The notes under the pieces were generated by a model that ran no database searches, had not been told where the DNA came from, and worked only from the letters and a program-made list of their open reading frames with translations. A stretch of DNA of 32,000 bases, taken from NCBI GenBank assembly GCA_008080745.1, contig SHMX01000004.1, positions 210,001 to 242,000 of the forward strand, read 5' to 3'. This document shows positions 1-8,888 of the stretch, in pieces. The stretch comes from Candidatus Thorarchaeota archaeon. GTDB lineage: Archaea; Asgardarchaeota; Thorarchaeia; Thorarchaeales; Thorarchaeaceae. Position numbers and translations under genes: made by a program. Position 1 is the first letter of the stretch. Each line of letters opens with the position of its first letter.

Positions 1-30
1 ATATCCATTAGTTCCCCCATCATAAAAGAC

Positions 31-67
31 AGGGGGTTCTTAACCCCCTCTTCTCTTTTCTACTTTT
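31..67. terminator. Hairpin terminator, probably bidirectional (AGGGGGTT-ctt-AACCCCCT plus pyrimidine/T tract)
   Basis: Perfect 8-bp stem 31-38/42-49 followed by CTTCTCTTTTCTACTTTT on +. An in-frame TAA at 23-25 (YPLVPPS*) may end an off-window + gene. It also lies about 90 nt downstream of the kbl stop on -. Confidence 0.65.
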
Positions 68-138
68 GATTGATGGAATGGTGAAAAACAGAGATGCCTC
101 CAGAGCTATGAAAGCTCTAGAGGACTATAATTTGATTT

Positions 139-1329
139 TTAGATAATATCGAGTTTCTTACCAACTTTCTCATAAGCACTGAGAGATATATCGAGTTGTT
201 CCTTGGTAAGACCCGAATTCATCATATTCCTGATACGGGCCTTATCTCGAGCAACCATTGGGAATACAATTGGGAGTGCAAGAATACCCTCTTCGTAGAG
301 ACCCTCGCTCAAAGCAACTGCCTTTGAACTCTCTCCACACATTGCAGGAATAATGGGGGTTTGACTGTCGCCTGTGTCGAAACCCATATCTTCTAGACCC
401 TTGATGAAGTACTCTCGGTTATCCCAGAGAGTCTTTACATGCTCTTCTTCAGTTTCTAGAACGTCTATAGCTGCAATACAAGCCGCTGCAGTTGCAGGTG
501 GATGGGATGCACTAAGAAGCCAAGAACGGCTCTTATTATAGGCATAGTTGACCATATCTTGTGAACCTGAAACATGACCACCCATAACACCGAAAGCTTT
601 GCTGAATGTACCCATTTCAAAGTGAACGTCGTGGTGACTCAAACCAAAGTGTGATACGATACCTCGTCCACCCTCTCCAAGAACAGCTTCACCATGAGCA
701 TCATCCACATAGATCATCGCACCATGCTCTTTACCAAGTTTGACAATTTCATCTAGTGGCGCAATATCTCCATCCATGCTAAAGACACCATCTGTGATAA
801 TGAGTATCTTCTCTGGATTTTCTTTCTCGGCTTCTTGTAAGACACGTTCAAGGTGTGCTGTATCACTGTGATTGTAAACATAACGCGTTGCTTTTGTTAG
901 CCTAACACCATCAATGATACTTCCGTGGTTAAGTTCATCCGAAATAATTGCATCGCCTCTACCTACAAGTTGAGGTATCAATCCCTCATTTGTGGTGAAG
1001 CCTGCACTGTAAGTCAGGGATGCTTCTGCACCCTTAAATTTAGCAAGTCTTCGTTCAAGCTCAAGATGTACATCCATTGTTCCTGCTATCGCACGAACAG
1101 AACCAGAACCAGCACCATGACTCTTTATAGCTTCAATAGCAGCTTCTTTGAGCTTTGGATGATTGCTCAAATTCAGATAATTATTGCTACAGAGCATAAT
1201 GACCTCGTCACCATCAACAGTAGCTTTTGGTGTGCTTGGTCCTTGTAATTCTCGTATCTTCCAATCCAGATTCTGTGCCACAAGGTTCTGGTATTCTTCC
1301 TTCATCCATCCAATCGGGTTTCGTTTCAT
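139..1329 (-). CDS. kbl: PLP-dependent 2-amino-3-ketobutyrate CoA ligase / glycine C-acetyltransferase (Kbl/BioF alpha-oxoamine synthase family), 396 aa
   Basis: Family motifs LCSNNYLNL, GAGSGSVR, SDELNHGSIIDG, TDGVFSMDGD, DDAHG and GTFSKAFG (PLP lysine). Kbl versus BioF cannot be settled from motifs alone. Confidence 0.85.
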   Translation of the reverse strand: MKRNPIGWMKEEYQNLVAQNLDWKIRELQGPSTPKATVDGDEVIMLCSNNYLNLSNHPKLKEAAIEAIKSHGAGSGSVRAIAGTMDVHLELERRLAKFKGAEASLTYSAGFTTNEGLIPQLVGRGDAIISDELNHGSIIDGVRLTKATRYVYNHSDTAHLERVLQEAEKENPEKILIITDGVFSMDGDIAPLDEIVKLGKEHGAMIYVDDAHGEAVLGEGGRGIVSHFGLSHHDVHFEMGTFSKAFGVMGGHVSGSQDMVNYAYNKSRSWLLSASHPPATAAACIAAIDVLETEEEHVKTLWDNREYFIKGLEDMGFDTGDSQTPIIPAMCGESSKAVALSEGLYEEGILALPIVFPMVARDKARIRNMMNSGLTKEQLDISLSAYEKVGKKLDII

Positions 1330-1435
1330 ATCTTTTCACCGAATTGTCGTACGTTCCAACACTAAGACTATCGTACGGGCTGGCCTGAAAAATTGAACTA
1401 TATATGGGCTTCGCTCACGGAGAAAATTTCAATTT

Positions 1436-1473
1436 GTAAAAAATAAAAAGTGAGGCTCTCAGAAGAGAACCTC
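1436..1473 (-). terminator. Hairpin plus U-tract terminator of the HhH/MFS transcript
   Basis: On -: GAGGTTCTC-ttct-GAGAGCCTC (9 bp, one G.U) followed by ACTTTTTATTTTTT, 10 nt after the stop at 1484-1486. Confidence 0.7.
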
Positions 1474-1483
1474 TTAGTGTTCA

Positions 1484-2137
1484 TTACTTGGCATGTTTCT
1501 TAGCTTCATCAATCCATTTCTCGACCATATCAAGAGTGAATGTGTATCCCTCGGGGACTTTAACATGACCCAGCTCAACAGCTCTCTGAATATCCTCAAG
1601 GAGTTCTTGTGCATTAGCTATTGCAAGTTCTCCGAGTCCAAGAATACCGCCTCCATAGACGATTGCTTCTGCATCCTCTTCTGAAACTGATTTCAACCAC
1701 GCAAATCTACTCATGGCAATCCATCGGGATGCTATATCCTCGCCTACACCACAAATCTTCGCAACTTTTTCTGCATCCGCTTTCAGAAGGTCGTGAACTG
1801 TTTTGATTCCAGCATTTCTGAGATCTTCACCATAAGCTTTTCCAATACCTTCAATGGTTTCAATCGGTAGTGTTTCTAATACTGCATCCGGTATCTCTAC
1901 CTCTGGAACATATTCCTCAACAGGTGTTACCTTCTTCTTTGCTACTGCACGTGATTCAACAACCTCTCCAGCAGTTGAATCTTTACTGCAGACAACTCCA
2001 ATCAATCCAGTTGCTGAGAACATTATAACTGTGAATAGACCTGTTAGATTTGTTCCTCCAGCAGCTAGAATAACGAGGGCAATAATGGAAAATACAACAG
2101 TACCTACTATCGCTCCTTTTTTCTCCACGCTATTCAT
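1484..2137 (-). CDS. Membrane-anchored helix-hairpin-helix (DUF4332-like) protein
   Basis: Two N-terminal hydrophobic helices and a charged linker, then LPIETIEGIGKAYGEDLRNAGIKTVHDLL...KICGVGEDIASRW (tandem HhH) and a DUF4332-like C-terminus. The ORF track starts at TTG 2302; ATG 2137 (GGATG upstream) is preferred but uncertain. Confidence 0.75.
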   Translation of the reverse strand: MNSVEKKGAIVGTVVFSIIALVILAAGGTNLTGLFTVIMFSATGLIGVVCSKDSTAGEVVESRAVAKKKVTPVEEYVPEVEIPDAVLETLPIETIEGIGKAYGEDLRNAGIKTVHDLLKADAEKVAKICGVGEDIASRWIAMSRFAWLKSVSEEDAEAIVYGGGILGLGELAIANAQELLEDIQRAVELGHVKVPEGYTFTLDMVEKWIDEAKKHAK

Positions 2138-2298
2138 GACAATTAACATCCAAATACGTTTTACACGATATAACAACATTGAATCATTTTGAATCTTTTC
2201 TAGAGGTGCTATGTTTTTTCTTCCTTCCAGTTTGATTATTCTCATAGCATCTCTTCTATCCGCCTTTTCATGGGTGTAATTAATTCCGAGTTTTATTA

Positions 2299-3633
2299 TC
2301 AAGGAACCTCTACCGAATCTGTTAACTCTCTCTGTTGCCTTCGTTGCTCAACTATCCGTTTGTTTCTTCTTACAGCTAGATACATAGGAATTACACAAAC
2401 CGGATAGAGCATGAACGCGATTGGGAAGAAGAACCTCCCAAAATTAACTATTCCACCCATTATCCCTATGCTAAGAAGATACGAAGTGAGAAGCGTTCCT
2501 GTCTGCCTCGGAAACGTCCACATTACTCGGGTGAGAGCAAGAGACCTAGCTCGGCGTTCTGAAGATATCTCTCCCATGAAGAGCGAATTTGATGCTGGTC
2601 TTGCCATGTTGGCTACTGCCATTCGTATAACATAGAATCCCACCATGACTAGGAATATGGGTATGTATACCATGCCAATGGTTAGCAATGGCGTAAGCAG
2701 ATACAGAAGAAAAATCATCTTGATTTTACCAACACGCTCACTCTGTAATCCAACAAACAGTGTTCCTGATGCTAGTGTCAGATTGGCAACAGCAGGAACA
2801 GATCCCAGAATTATTGGGTCTGGATTAAAGGCAGCATAGATCCATGGAATTAGGAATGGCACTACCATACCGCTGCTGATTCCCATCATTGCCTGACTTG
2901 TACCAAAGAGTATCGCTGTAATTAAATCGTCCCTTGAATTTCCATTTAGTTCCTGAGAGTCATCAGGCTCTTCTTCAGCTTCCTCAACAATTGCAGGGGT
3001 AATGTCTGGGTTGTCATGAAGCCATCTTTCTGTAAAGAAACCAAAAATACCCGCTGCTAATCGAAAACTACCCATTATGTAGAATAAGATGGCATACCTG
3101 AATAATGGGTCAGCAGCAAGAGGAAATGCTACCGGATCGATGATAAATCCAGCTAGAAAAGGGCCTGTTGATGCTGCAAGAGTAGCGACTGCAATAGTGA
3201 TACCATATGATTTGGTTCGTTCGTTTCCCTTCTTGGTATGGTCAGCAATGAGTGAGTCGAGTGAGGTTCTTGTAAAACCCGAACCAACACCAGTTAGAGC
3301 GTAAACTATAATGATCATTAATGAATCTGTAACGAATGGAAGATAGAATAGACATGCTCCATTAACAATTCCCCCGAATAAAATTGCTGCACCCCGTCCT
3401 TTTCTATCACTTAGTGTTCCAGCAGGAAATAATGCAATTGCCTGAACATATCCAGCAGCAGCTACCATTACCCCATAGAATGCCTCATCTTGTCCTATAG
3501 CAAGTGCAAATAATGGGAGTGCTATAGAATTCAAGGCAAATCCGAATCTATTGAAAAGGCTGAGCAATGATAATCTAGCTATCTTCGATGTACGTTTTTT
3601 ATCATCTAATAATGAAGGGGTCCCGTCTTCCAT
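2299..3633 (-). CDS. Major facilitator superfamily transporter, 444 aa
   Basis: About 12 hydrophobic segments in two halves with an acidic central loop; MFS motif A (GTLSDRKGRG) and its second-half copy (GLQSERVGK). Substrate unknown. Confidence 0.9.
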   Translation of the reverse strand: MEDGTPSLLDDKKRTSKIARLSLLSLFNRFGFALNSIALPLFALAIGQDEAFYGVMVAAAGYVQAIALFPAGTLSDRKGRGAAILFGGIVNGACLFYLPFVTDSLMIIIVYALTGVGSGFTRTSLDSLIADHTKKGNERTKSYGITIAVATLAASTGPFLAGFIIDPVAFPLAADPLFRYAILFYIMGSFRLAAGIFGFFTERWLHDNPDITPAIVEEAEEEPDDSQELNGNSRDDLITAILFGTSQAMMGISSGMVVPFLIPWIYAAFNPDPIILGSVPAVANLTLASGTLFVGLQSERVGKIKMIFLLYLLTPLLTIGMVYIPIFLVMVGFYVIRMAVANMARPASNSLFMGEISSERRARSLALTRVMWTFPRQTGTLLTSYLLSIGIMGGIVNFGRFFFPIAFMLYPVCVIPMYLAVRRNKRIVEQRRQQRELTDSVEVP

Positions 3634-3765
3634 CGCAATCTCTCTTAGCCAGCTCTAAGATGGTGGTGCTAGTCAGAGATGGCTATCGTAATAATAAATC
3701 AATCCAAACCGGATTTTTGCAATGAGCAAAATAAAGCGCCTTTCGAACATATCTACTCAACATTC

Positions 3766-3777
3766 ATAATGCATTAT
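3766..3777. promoter_or_regulatory. 12-bp perfect palindrome ATAATGCATTAT in the divergent MFS/ATPase promoter region
   Basis: Seen directly, 38 nt upstream of the ATPase ATG. It is AT-rich, so it may be chance. Confidence 0.3.
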
Positions 3778-3814
3778 TCATCTACAAGACCATAATTCAA
3801 TGGGGCCAAGATAA

Positions 3815-5440
3815 ATGGTTAATGATGATATTATTTCAGATGACTTTGACGAAGGTATGTATCTAGATATACTTCGAGATGATCCGCCCTTGAAACGTTA
3901 TGTTTCTCGAGGTGACACACCTGATGATGTAGATATATCGGGACCTCATGAGGAGGCTGATGCGGCTATTTCTCGGGTTATACGATTTACAAAAAGCGAC
4001 GAGACACCTCGATTCCAACCTGTGTTGGGTAGCGCAGGAATGGGAAAGACGCATCTATTCTGGGTAACTAAGGATCGGGAAGAATACATGACACCGGGAC
4101 CCTTTCTTACCGTATATGTTCCATCCCCTCCTTCTCCCATCCGAGTTCCTCTGCATTTCTATGCATGTCTAGTTGATGAAGCGGGAGACAATATCTTCAA
4201 GACTACAGCTAGAATGCTTTTAGAGAAATTTGGAGAGATGAAGGGTGTTTTCCGTCAGCATTATGACTTTTCAGAAGTCATGAACAAAGCGGCTAGTGAT
4301 TACCCGGGTATCTCTGCAGATGTTGTCAAGGTTATTTTGAGATACGAGCTGGATGAGAAAAAGAAACCGTTAGCCCGAAGGTGGCTTCTCGCTGATGCAT
4401 TAAGTGATGAAGAGCTTGATGAACTCGACGTGCGAACCATACTAGAAGAAGATGACATTGTAACAGCCGCCTTCAAATTACTTGCTGAGGGTTCAGAGAG
4501 ACCTCTAGTACTTTTTGTGGATGAGATGGAAGGTCCCTTTAACACTCACGGTGAAGAGGGAGAGCGACAATTTCTAGAAGTTATCAAACGTCTCTATAAT
4601 GAATGTCAGAATGTAGTCATAATTGCATCTTGCCTGAGTGAGATTTGGGACAGAATCTACCATATCGCAGATGCTCCAATGCGTTCACGAATGGAAACTC
4701 CTGTTACACTACGACATTTCTCCCGAGATGATGTGGAAGAATTTGTGAGAGAAACCATGATTCGCTACTGGGAGGAACAGAATATCGATACACCTACCAA
4801 TGATATCTTTCCTATGAAGCCCGAGGATATCGATGCTGCTTTCGAAGCATCAAATGGTGTACCAAGAGAAGCAATACGTCAAGTCATTACTAGACTTGAT
4901 ACCATTCTATTTGGAACCAGAGCTGAACCTGATCTACCCCCACAGGACGACTATGTGGTGAAGCTAACCGCTAATGTTGTGGTGGGAGCTATCATAAAAG
5001 GACTCACTCTTGCAGCCGATTCTAAAGGTATTGAGGTAAGTCTTCATGTTGCTAGTGGAAACGTTGGGAAGCAAGCAACTGCAATAGTTCTTGTAAAGCA
5101 TGACAGCGTTGAACACTTCATTGGCATAGATGTACCAAATGTAAAAGACTGGAACCGTAGTGGTGGAGTTGGAGCTTATTACTCCGCAAAAAGACTGAAC
5201 GATCTCATAGAGAGTGGTGATTGTGAGAAAGCAATCATGGCTGTACCCGAAGAAACCTCTGGAGCTAAGTTTGAGTCACTTAGCGAAGAATTGGGTGAAG
5301 ATTTGTTTACTTTACTTCTAGATGAAGAATCAGCCATGGCCCTTGTAAAGATAACAAATTCCGACCAGCTTACCCCTAACCTATCGGAGTTCTTCAACCA
5401 CATCTTAACTAATCTATTTGAGATATCAGAAGAAAACTGA
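3815..5440 (+). CDS. P-loop NTPase (AAA+/STAND- or BrxD-like) with an uncharacterised C-terminal alpha/beta domain, 541 aa
   Basis: Walker A GSAGMGKT (4028-4051), Walker B LVLFVDEMEG, arginine-finger-like MRSRM and post-ATPase motif SNGVPREA. Exact family not resolved. Confidence 0.8.
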   Translation: MVNDDIISDDFDEGMYLDILRDDPPLKRYVSRGDTPDDVDISGPHEEADAAISRVIRFTKSDETPRFQPVLGSAGMGKTHLFWVTKDREEYMTPGPFLTVYVPSPPSPIRVPLHFYACLVDEAGDNIFKTTARMLLEKFGEMKGVFRQHYDFSEVMNKAASDYPGISADVVKVILRYELDEKKKPLARRWLLADALSDEELDELDVRTILEEDDIVTAAFKLLAEGSERPLVLFVDEMEGPFNTHGEEGERQFLEVIKRLYNECQNVVIIASCLSEIWDRIYHIADAPMRSRMETPVTLRHFSRDDVEEFVRETMIRYWEEQNIDTPTNDIFPMKPEDIDAAFEASNGVPREAIRQVITRLDTILFGTRAEPDLPPQDDYVVKLTANVVVGAIIKGLTLAADSKGIEVSLHVASGNVGKQATAIVLVKHDSVEHFIGIDVPNVKDWNRSGGVGAYYSAKRLNDLIESGDCEKAIMAVPEETSGAKFESLSEELGEDLFTLLLDEESAMALVKITNSDQLTPNLSEFFNHILTNLFEISEEN

Positions 5441-5444
5441 TTGT

Positions 5445-5475
5445 CAACCGGGTATGACCCGGTTGTATCATTTTT
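5445..5475. terminator. Hairpin between convergent genes (CAACCGGGT-atg-ACCCGGTTG)
   Basis: Perfect 9-bp GC-rich stem 5445-5453/5457-5465 filling the 33-nt gap between two stop codons, followed by TATCATTTTT on +. Confidence 0.7.
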
Positions 5476-6553
5476 AGTAGTATCTACGTCTTAGATAGAA
5501 TACAGTAAATAGACCACCTACTCCAACTGCTGTTACACCTAATCCTATCATAATCACATCTCGATTCAGTCTGTTAAATTCTAACCACGGGTCTTCAAAG
5601 GATAGTCTAATTGAGATTTGATCATCGGGATTCTCTGCAAAAAGATCAATATCATAATCTAGAATTCCAGAACCCATTGTGTCAAAAACTATATAGAGAT
5701 CTGGTATATCTGTTAGCGATTCTCTATCTATCCAGAACGAATATCGGTGGTCTTTTTCGCAGGTGAAAGTTGTATAGACCGAGTCATTCGAAATAGTGTA
5801 TAGATAGGTCGCCTTATCGGTATCGCCATAATCCTCAAAGTCAATGATGTATCCAGTGACATATGGATAATCAATGTAATATGGGATACCTAGCAAACCT
5901 ATTAGAAGTTCACAGGTTTCTCCTTTATTGTATATGAAAAAGTAAGTCTCTTCCTCTTCTAGCATCCCAGTCCAATAGATTACGACTCTCGTACTACTAC
6001 CAGACTGTCTAAAGATGTATGGGTTTGCTTCGCCAAAATAAGTGACTGATACTGTGTTACTCTTTTCCAATTCTATATCTGTATCATACATATCGGTATA
6101 TTGGAAATCAATATCCACTGGGGAATGAATTGATAGATTGTATACTGCATCATCAACAGAATCCATATTGGTGATTGCAATTGTATAGATTGATTCTCCT
6201 TCAGCATTGAATTGGCACCTACATGTGTAATTCTCAAAATTATGACAAGCTTCTATTGCATCTTCTGAGTATTCCCAGTTATCAAATTCATAGATGGCTA
6301 TCTCTAATTGGGGCCAACCTGTAGAACCAACAAACTCAAGAACTGTAGCATTAACTGTAATTGGATAATCATTTGTTCCTCTTACCCAGAGCACAAAAAA
6401 TTGAGTTGTGTCTGCTTGAATTCCTTCCATGTCATAATCTATGATGTTAATTCCCGAGGCCTCTGCAAACATTGGAAGTCCGGAAATAAAACCACAACTG
6501 ATTAGAATGGAGAAAATAATACTCATCATTCTTCGGAGCTTGGGCTTTCTCAT
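5474..6553 (-). CDS. Secreted type-I membrane protein of unknown function, 359 aa
   Basis: Basic N-terminus, hydrophobic core and AEA cleavage motif; acidic beta-rich ectodomain with N-x-S/T sequons; C-terminal TM helix and RRR tail. Confidence 0.8.
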   Translation of the reverse strand: MRKPKLRRMMSIIFSILISCGFISGLPMFAEASGINIIDYDMEGIQADTTQFFVLWVRGTNDYPITVNATVLEFVGSTGWPQLEIAIYEFDNWEYSEDAIEACHNFENYTCRCQFNAEGESIYTIAITNMDSVDDAVYNLSIHSPVDIDFQYTDMYDTDIELEKSNTVSVTYFGEANPYIFRQSGSSTRVVIYWTGMLEEEETYFFIYNKGETCELLIGLLGIPYYIDYPYVTGYIIDFEDYGDTDKATYLYTISNDSVYTTFTCEKDHRYSFWIDRESLTDIPDLYIVFDTMGSGILDYDIDLFAENPDDQISIRLSFEDPWLEFNRLNRDVIMIGLGVTAVGVGGLFTVFYLRRRYY

Positions 6554-6580
6554 GAATGAAATATTGGATTTCTTCTCCTT

Positions 6581-7180
6581 TTAGGCATTCACTGTATCAT
6601 TTGTGGCTTCTTCTAAACCATCAGAGTTTGTTTCATCCGTATCTTCCTTCTTCAGATAATCGTATATCTCTGGCCCAAAGAGTATAAGAATGAATAGAAT
6701 GATGACTGGAATATATCCTCCCCCTCGCATCCAGATACTGACATTGCCAACTGCTGGTACTGTGAACACAACTACTCCAAGTATTTCATCTATTGTTCTG
6801 TATTCTGGATCTATAAATGCGTTAGCATCTCCTTTTGTGAAGAAATGTTTTGTTCCATCTGGTTGTTCTTGAATCTCAATTACCCGGTGGACAATTGGTG
6901 AAGCCTGATACCAGTCGTCTACATAAACTATTATATCTCCCACTTGGATATTATCTTCACTCCGTGCTTGGATTGCTAGAAGATCCCCACGATACAATGT
7001 TGGCTCCATCGATCCGCTAGTGACCACCACCAGAGGGCTTGTTGTACCCATTGCAAGCATGAATATGCCGTATCCTCCGAATGTTCCACCAATTACAATC
7101 GCTAGGAGAAATAGGGTCTTTGCGGTTTCGGAGCGTGTATCCCATCTAAGGGCAGCTTTGATTCGTTGCATCCTGTCCAC
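6581..7180 (-). CDS. sec11: Signal peptidase I, archaeal/ER type (S26B, Sec11-like), 199 aa
   Basis: N-terminal TM, catalytic Ser box VVTSGSMEPTLYRGD, His box PIVHRV, TKGDAN box and C-terminal TM. Confidence 0.92.
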   Translation of the reverse strand: MDRMQRIKAALRWDTRSETAKTLFLLAIVIGGTFGGYGIFMLAMGTTSPLVVVTSGSMEPTLYRGDLLAIQARSEDNIQVGDIIVYVDDWYQASPIVHRVIEIQEQPDGTKHFFTKGDANAFIDPEYRTIDEILGVVVFTVPAVGNVSIWMRGGGYIPVIILFILILFGPEIYDYLKKEDTDETNSDGLEEATNDTVNA

Positions 7181-7292
7181 AACGACGGGTTTCTGCTTCC
7201 GTCTATTAAACCCTACGAAGAAAACACCATGGCCTCATACATAACCTATAACTATTGATTAGAGATTGGTCAAGTACCTTGAGGATGTAATA

Positions 7293-8429
7293 ATGAGTAG
7301 CATTTGGAATAAGGTCTGGAAGAATACACCTAAAATTGATTGCAATCTCTGTGGAATGATGACATGTGCGAATTTTGCTAGGTGTGTAGTTGAGGGAGAG
7401 TTATCAGTGTCCGCTTGTCCCGTTCTCTCTACTCCAAAGTTTGACTCAGAATTACAAGAAATAACGAAGGTTACAACCTCTAGTCGTGCTCCCCCTCAAA
7501 GAACAGCATCTACGATTCCTGAAGGTGGTATACTTCTTACACGTCCTTGCCGTGACACAAATGAACGAGTAATGGCCGAATTAAGAGTGGCTAATGGATT
7601 AGAACCTGGAGAACGAATTCGTTTTTCGGTCTTTGATTCAGGTCTGCTATGTGAACTTGTGGATTTCGTTAAAGAAAGATTCGAAGCTCTGAAATGTAGT
7701 AAGGACTTGGGATATGGTAGAGCAGATACAGGTGACATGAGCATTACGATTCTTCACGATGGTAGAATCAATATGCGTCGTGTGTTGGATAAGGAAGCAG
7801 TGATAGAATTATTCAATGTACTTGAGAGAGCTATCTCTGGAGCTTTGATATGTAATTGCTGTGGAGCAGACATTCTCTCTGTATTAACAGGATTAATCGA
7901 ACCCGGAAAGGCCCTTACACATACCGTTCTTGATGCTGGTACTAACTTTTCGTTTGATATTGATGAGATACCATCATTTACTCTAGACAATATCCGAGAA
8001 TTATCTGGACATCATGCAGAAACACTCATAGAAAGAGTCACATCTGCTTATTCTCTCTTGGATTTAGCTGTAAATGATTTCCAAAAAGAATCAGATATTG
8101 ACCAACACCTTCCCACTGTTATTCAGCTACAGTCTTCTATAGTATCTGATATGGTTAAACCTGAGAACTATGGCAATGAATTGGGGTTTCTGATTTGTCT
8201 AAGCTGTTTGAAGTTAATTGAAAATGCTCTCTTGGGTCTGCAATTAGTGCAGAATGAACTTGAAGATGATTCTTTATCAGGTCCAATTCAATCTTTACTT
8301 GACCAAGCGAATATAGGAGAGCTACTTGGCGATATTCCAGAAGATCTGGAACTACTATGGATCTATGCACAACTTAACCGATTGAAAATCGTTCGTTCAC
8401 TAATGAACCCATTTTTTAGTGGCGCTTGA
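7293..8429 (+). CDS. Fe-S cluster-binding protein (N-terminal CxxCxxxxC...CP FeS domain) with further uncharacterised domains
   Basis: PKIDCNLCGMMTCANFARCVVEGELSVSACP matches the small Fe-S domain of CdhE/AcsC and RnfB; further Cys in TRPCR, LKCS, ICNCCG and ICLSC. ATG 7293 follows GAGGA; the ORF track starts at 7266. Confidence 0.8.
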   Translation: MSSIWNKVWKNTPKIDCNLCGMMTCANFARCVVEGELSVSACPVLSTPKFDSELQEITKVTTSSRAPPQRTASTIPEGGILLTRPCRDTNERVMAELRVANGLEPGERIRFSVFDSGLLCELVDFVKERFEALKCSKDLGYGRADTGDMSITILHDGRINMRRVLDKEAVIELFNVLERAISGALICNCCGADILSVLTGLIEPGKALTHTVLDAGTNFSFDIDEIPSFTLDNIRELSGHHAETLIERVTSAYSLLDLAVNDFQKESDIDQHLPTVIQLQSSIVSDMVKPENYGNELGFLICLSCLKLIENALLGLQLVQNELEDDSLSGPIQSLLDQANIGELLGDIPEDLELLWIYAQLNRLKIVRSLMNPFFSGA

Positions 8430-8888
8430 GATCAGGCCTAGAATCCTATCAGCATCAGCTCTTTTGTCAGGCTTCCATTCCGTTACATCTTCTGTCTTAA
8501 TGCCTGCATCTTTCTCAAAGAATTCCTTAATTCTCTTTAACCTCTTGGCCTCGGCTTCACCAGCTCGCATAGCGTCTTTAGTAGTAGGGAATCCGCTAGG
8601 TGGAATCTCTGATGTACTTATTACGTACCAGAGGTTCTCCCAGATTTTTATAGCAACAATCTCAGCTGGAAATAGGTCAATATCCTCTCGAAAAATCAGT
8701 GTATCTCCTGTTTCAATAGTTCCAATTACACTACTTCTCTGCCCGTCTCTTTTCTCCACTATCTCATCATACTCGAATAAGACCAACTCAGCCGCTTTCC
8801 TAAGATGTTCTAGTTCTGCCCTTACAATAATTCCATCTTCAGTAATTGTAGGAGAAGTTTCCGATTTATCTACCATAGAAATCAACAT
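8400..8888 (-). CDS. Hypothetical soluble protein, about 160 aa
   Basis: Protein-like charged composition and its own divergent promoter gap (8889-9016). Preferred over the antisense ORF 8419-8904. The start may be ATG 8876. No family recognised. Confidence 0.65.
   Translation of the reverse strand: MLISMVDKSETSPTITEDGIIVRAELEHLRKAAELVLFEYDEIVEKRDGQRSSVIGTIETGDTLIFREDIDLFPAEIVAIKIWENLWYVISTSEIPPSGFPTTKDAMRAGEAEAKRLKRIKEFFEKDAGIKTEDVTEWKPDKRADADRILGLISSATKKWVH

Noticed and set aside
1390-1435. AAATTGAA/TTCAATTT inverted repeat flanking a TATATA box upstream of kbl
   Set aside because: It is only 8 bp, almost all A/T, with a 30-nt spacer, which is expected by chance in AT-rich promoter DNA.
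2138-2302. N-terminal extension of the HhH gene from TTG 2302 overlapping the MFS stop (TTGA)
   Set aside because: The extra 55 aa look like translated intergenic DNA and would precede the membrane anchor; ATG 2137 has an SD-like site. Not fully excluded.
6554-6583. sec11 and the downstream secreted gene are in the same frame with an open 27-nt spacer
   Set aside because: The stop is TAA, the spacer contains an AAGGAG SD-like site, and the downstream gene has its own signal peptide.
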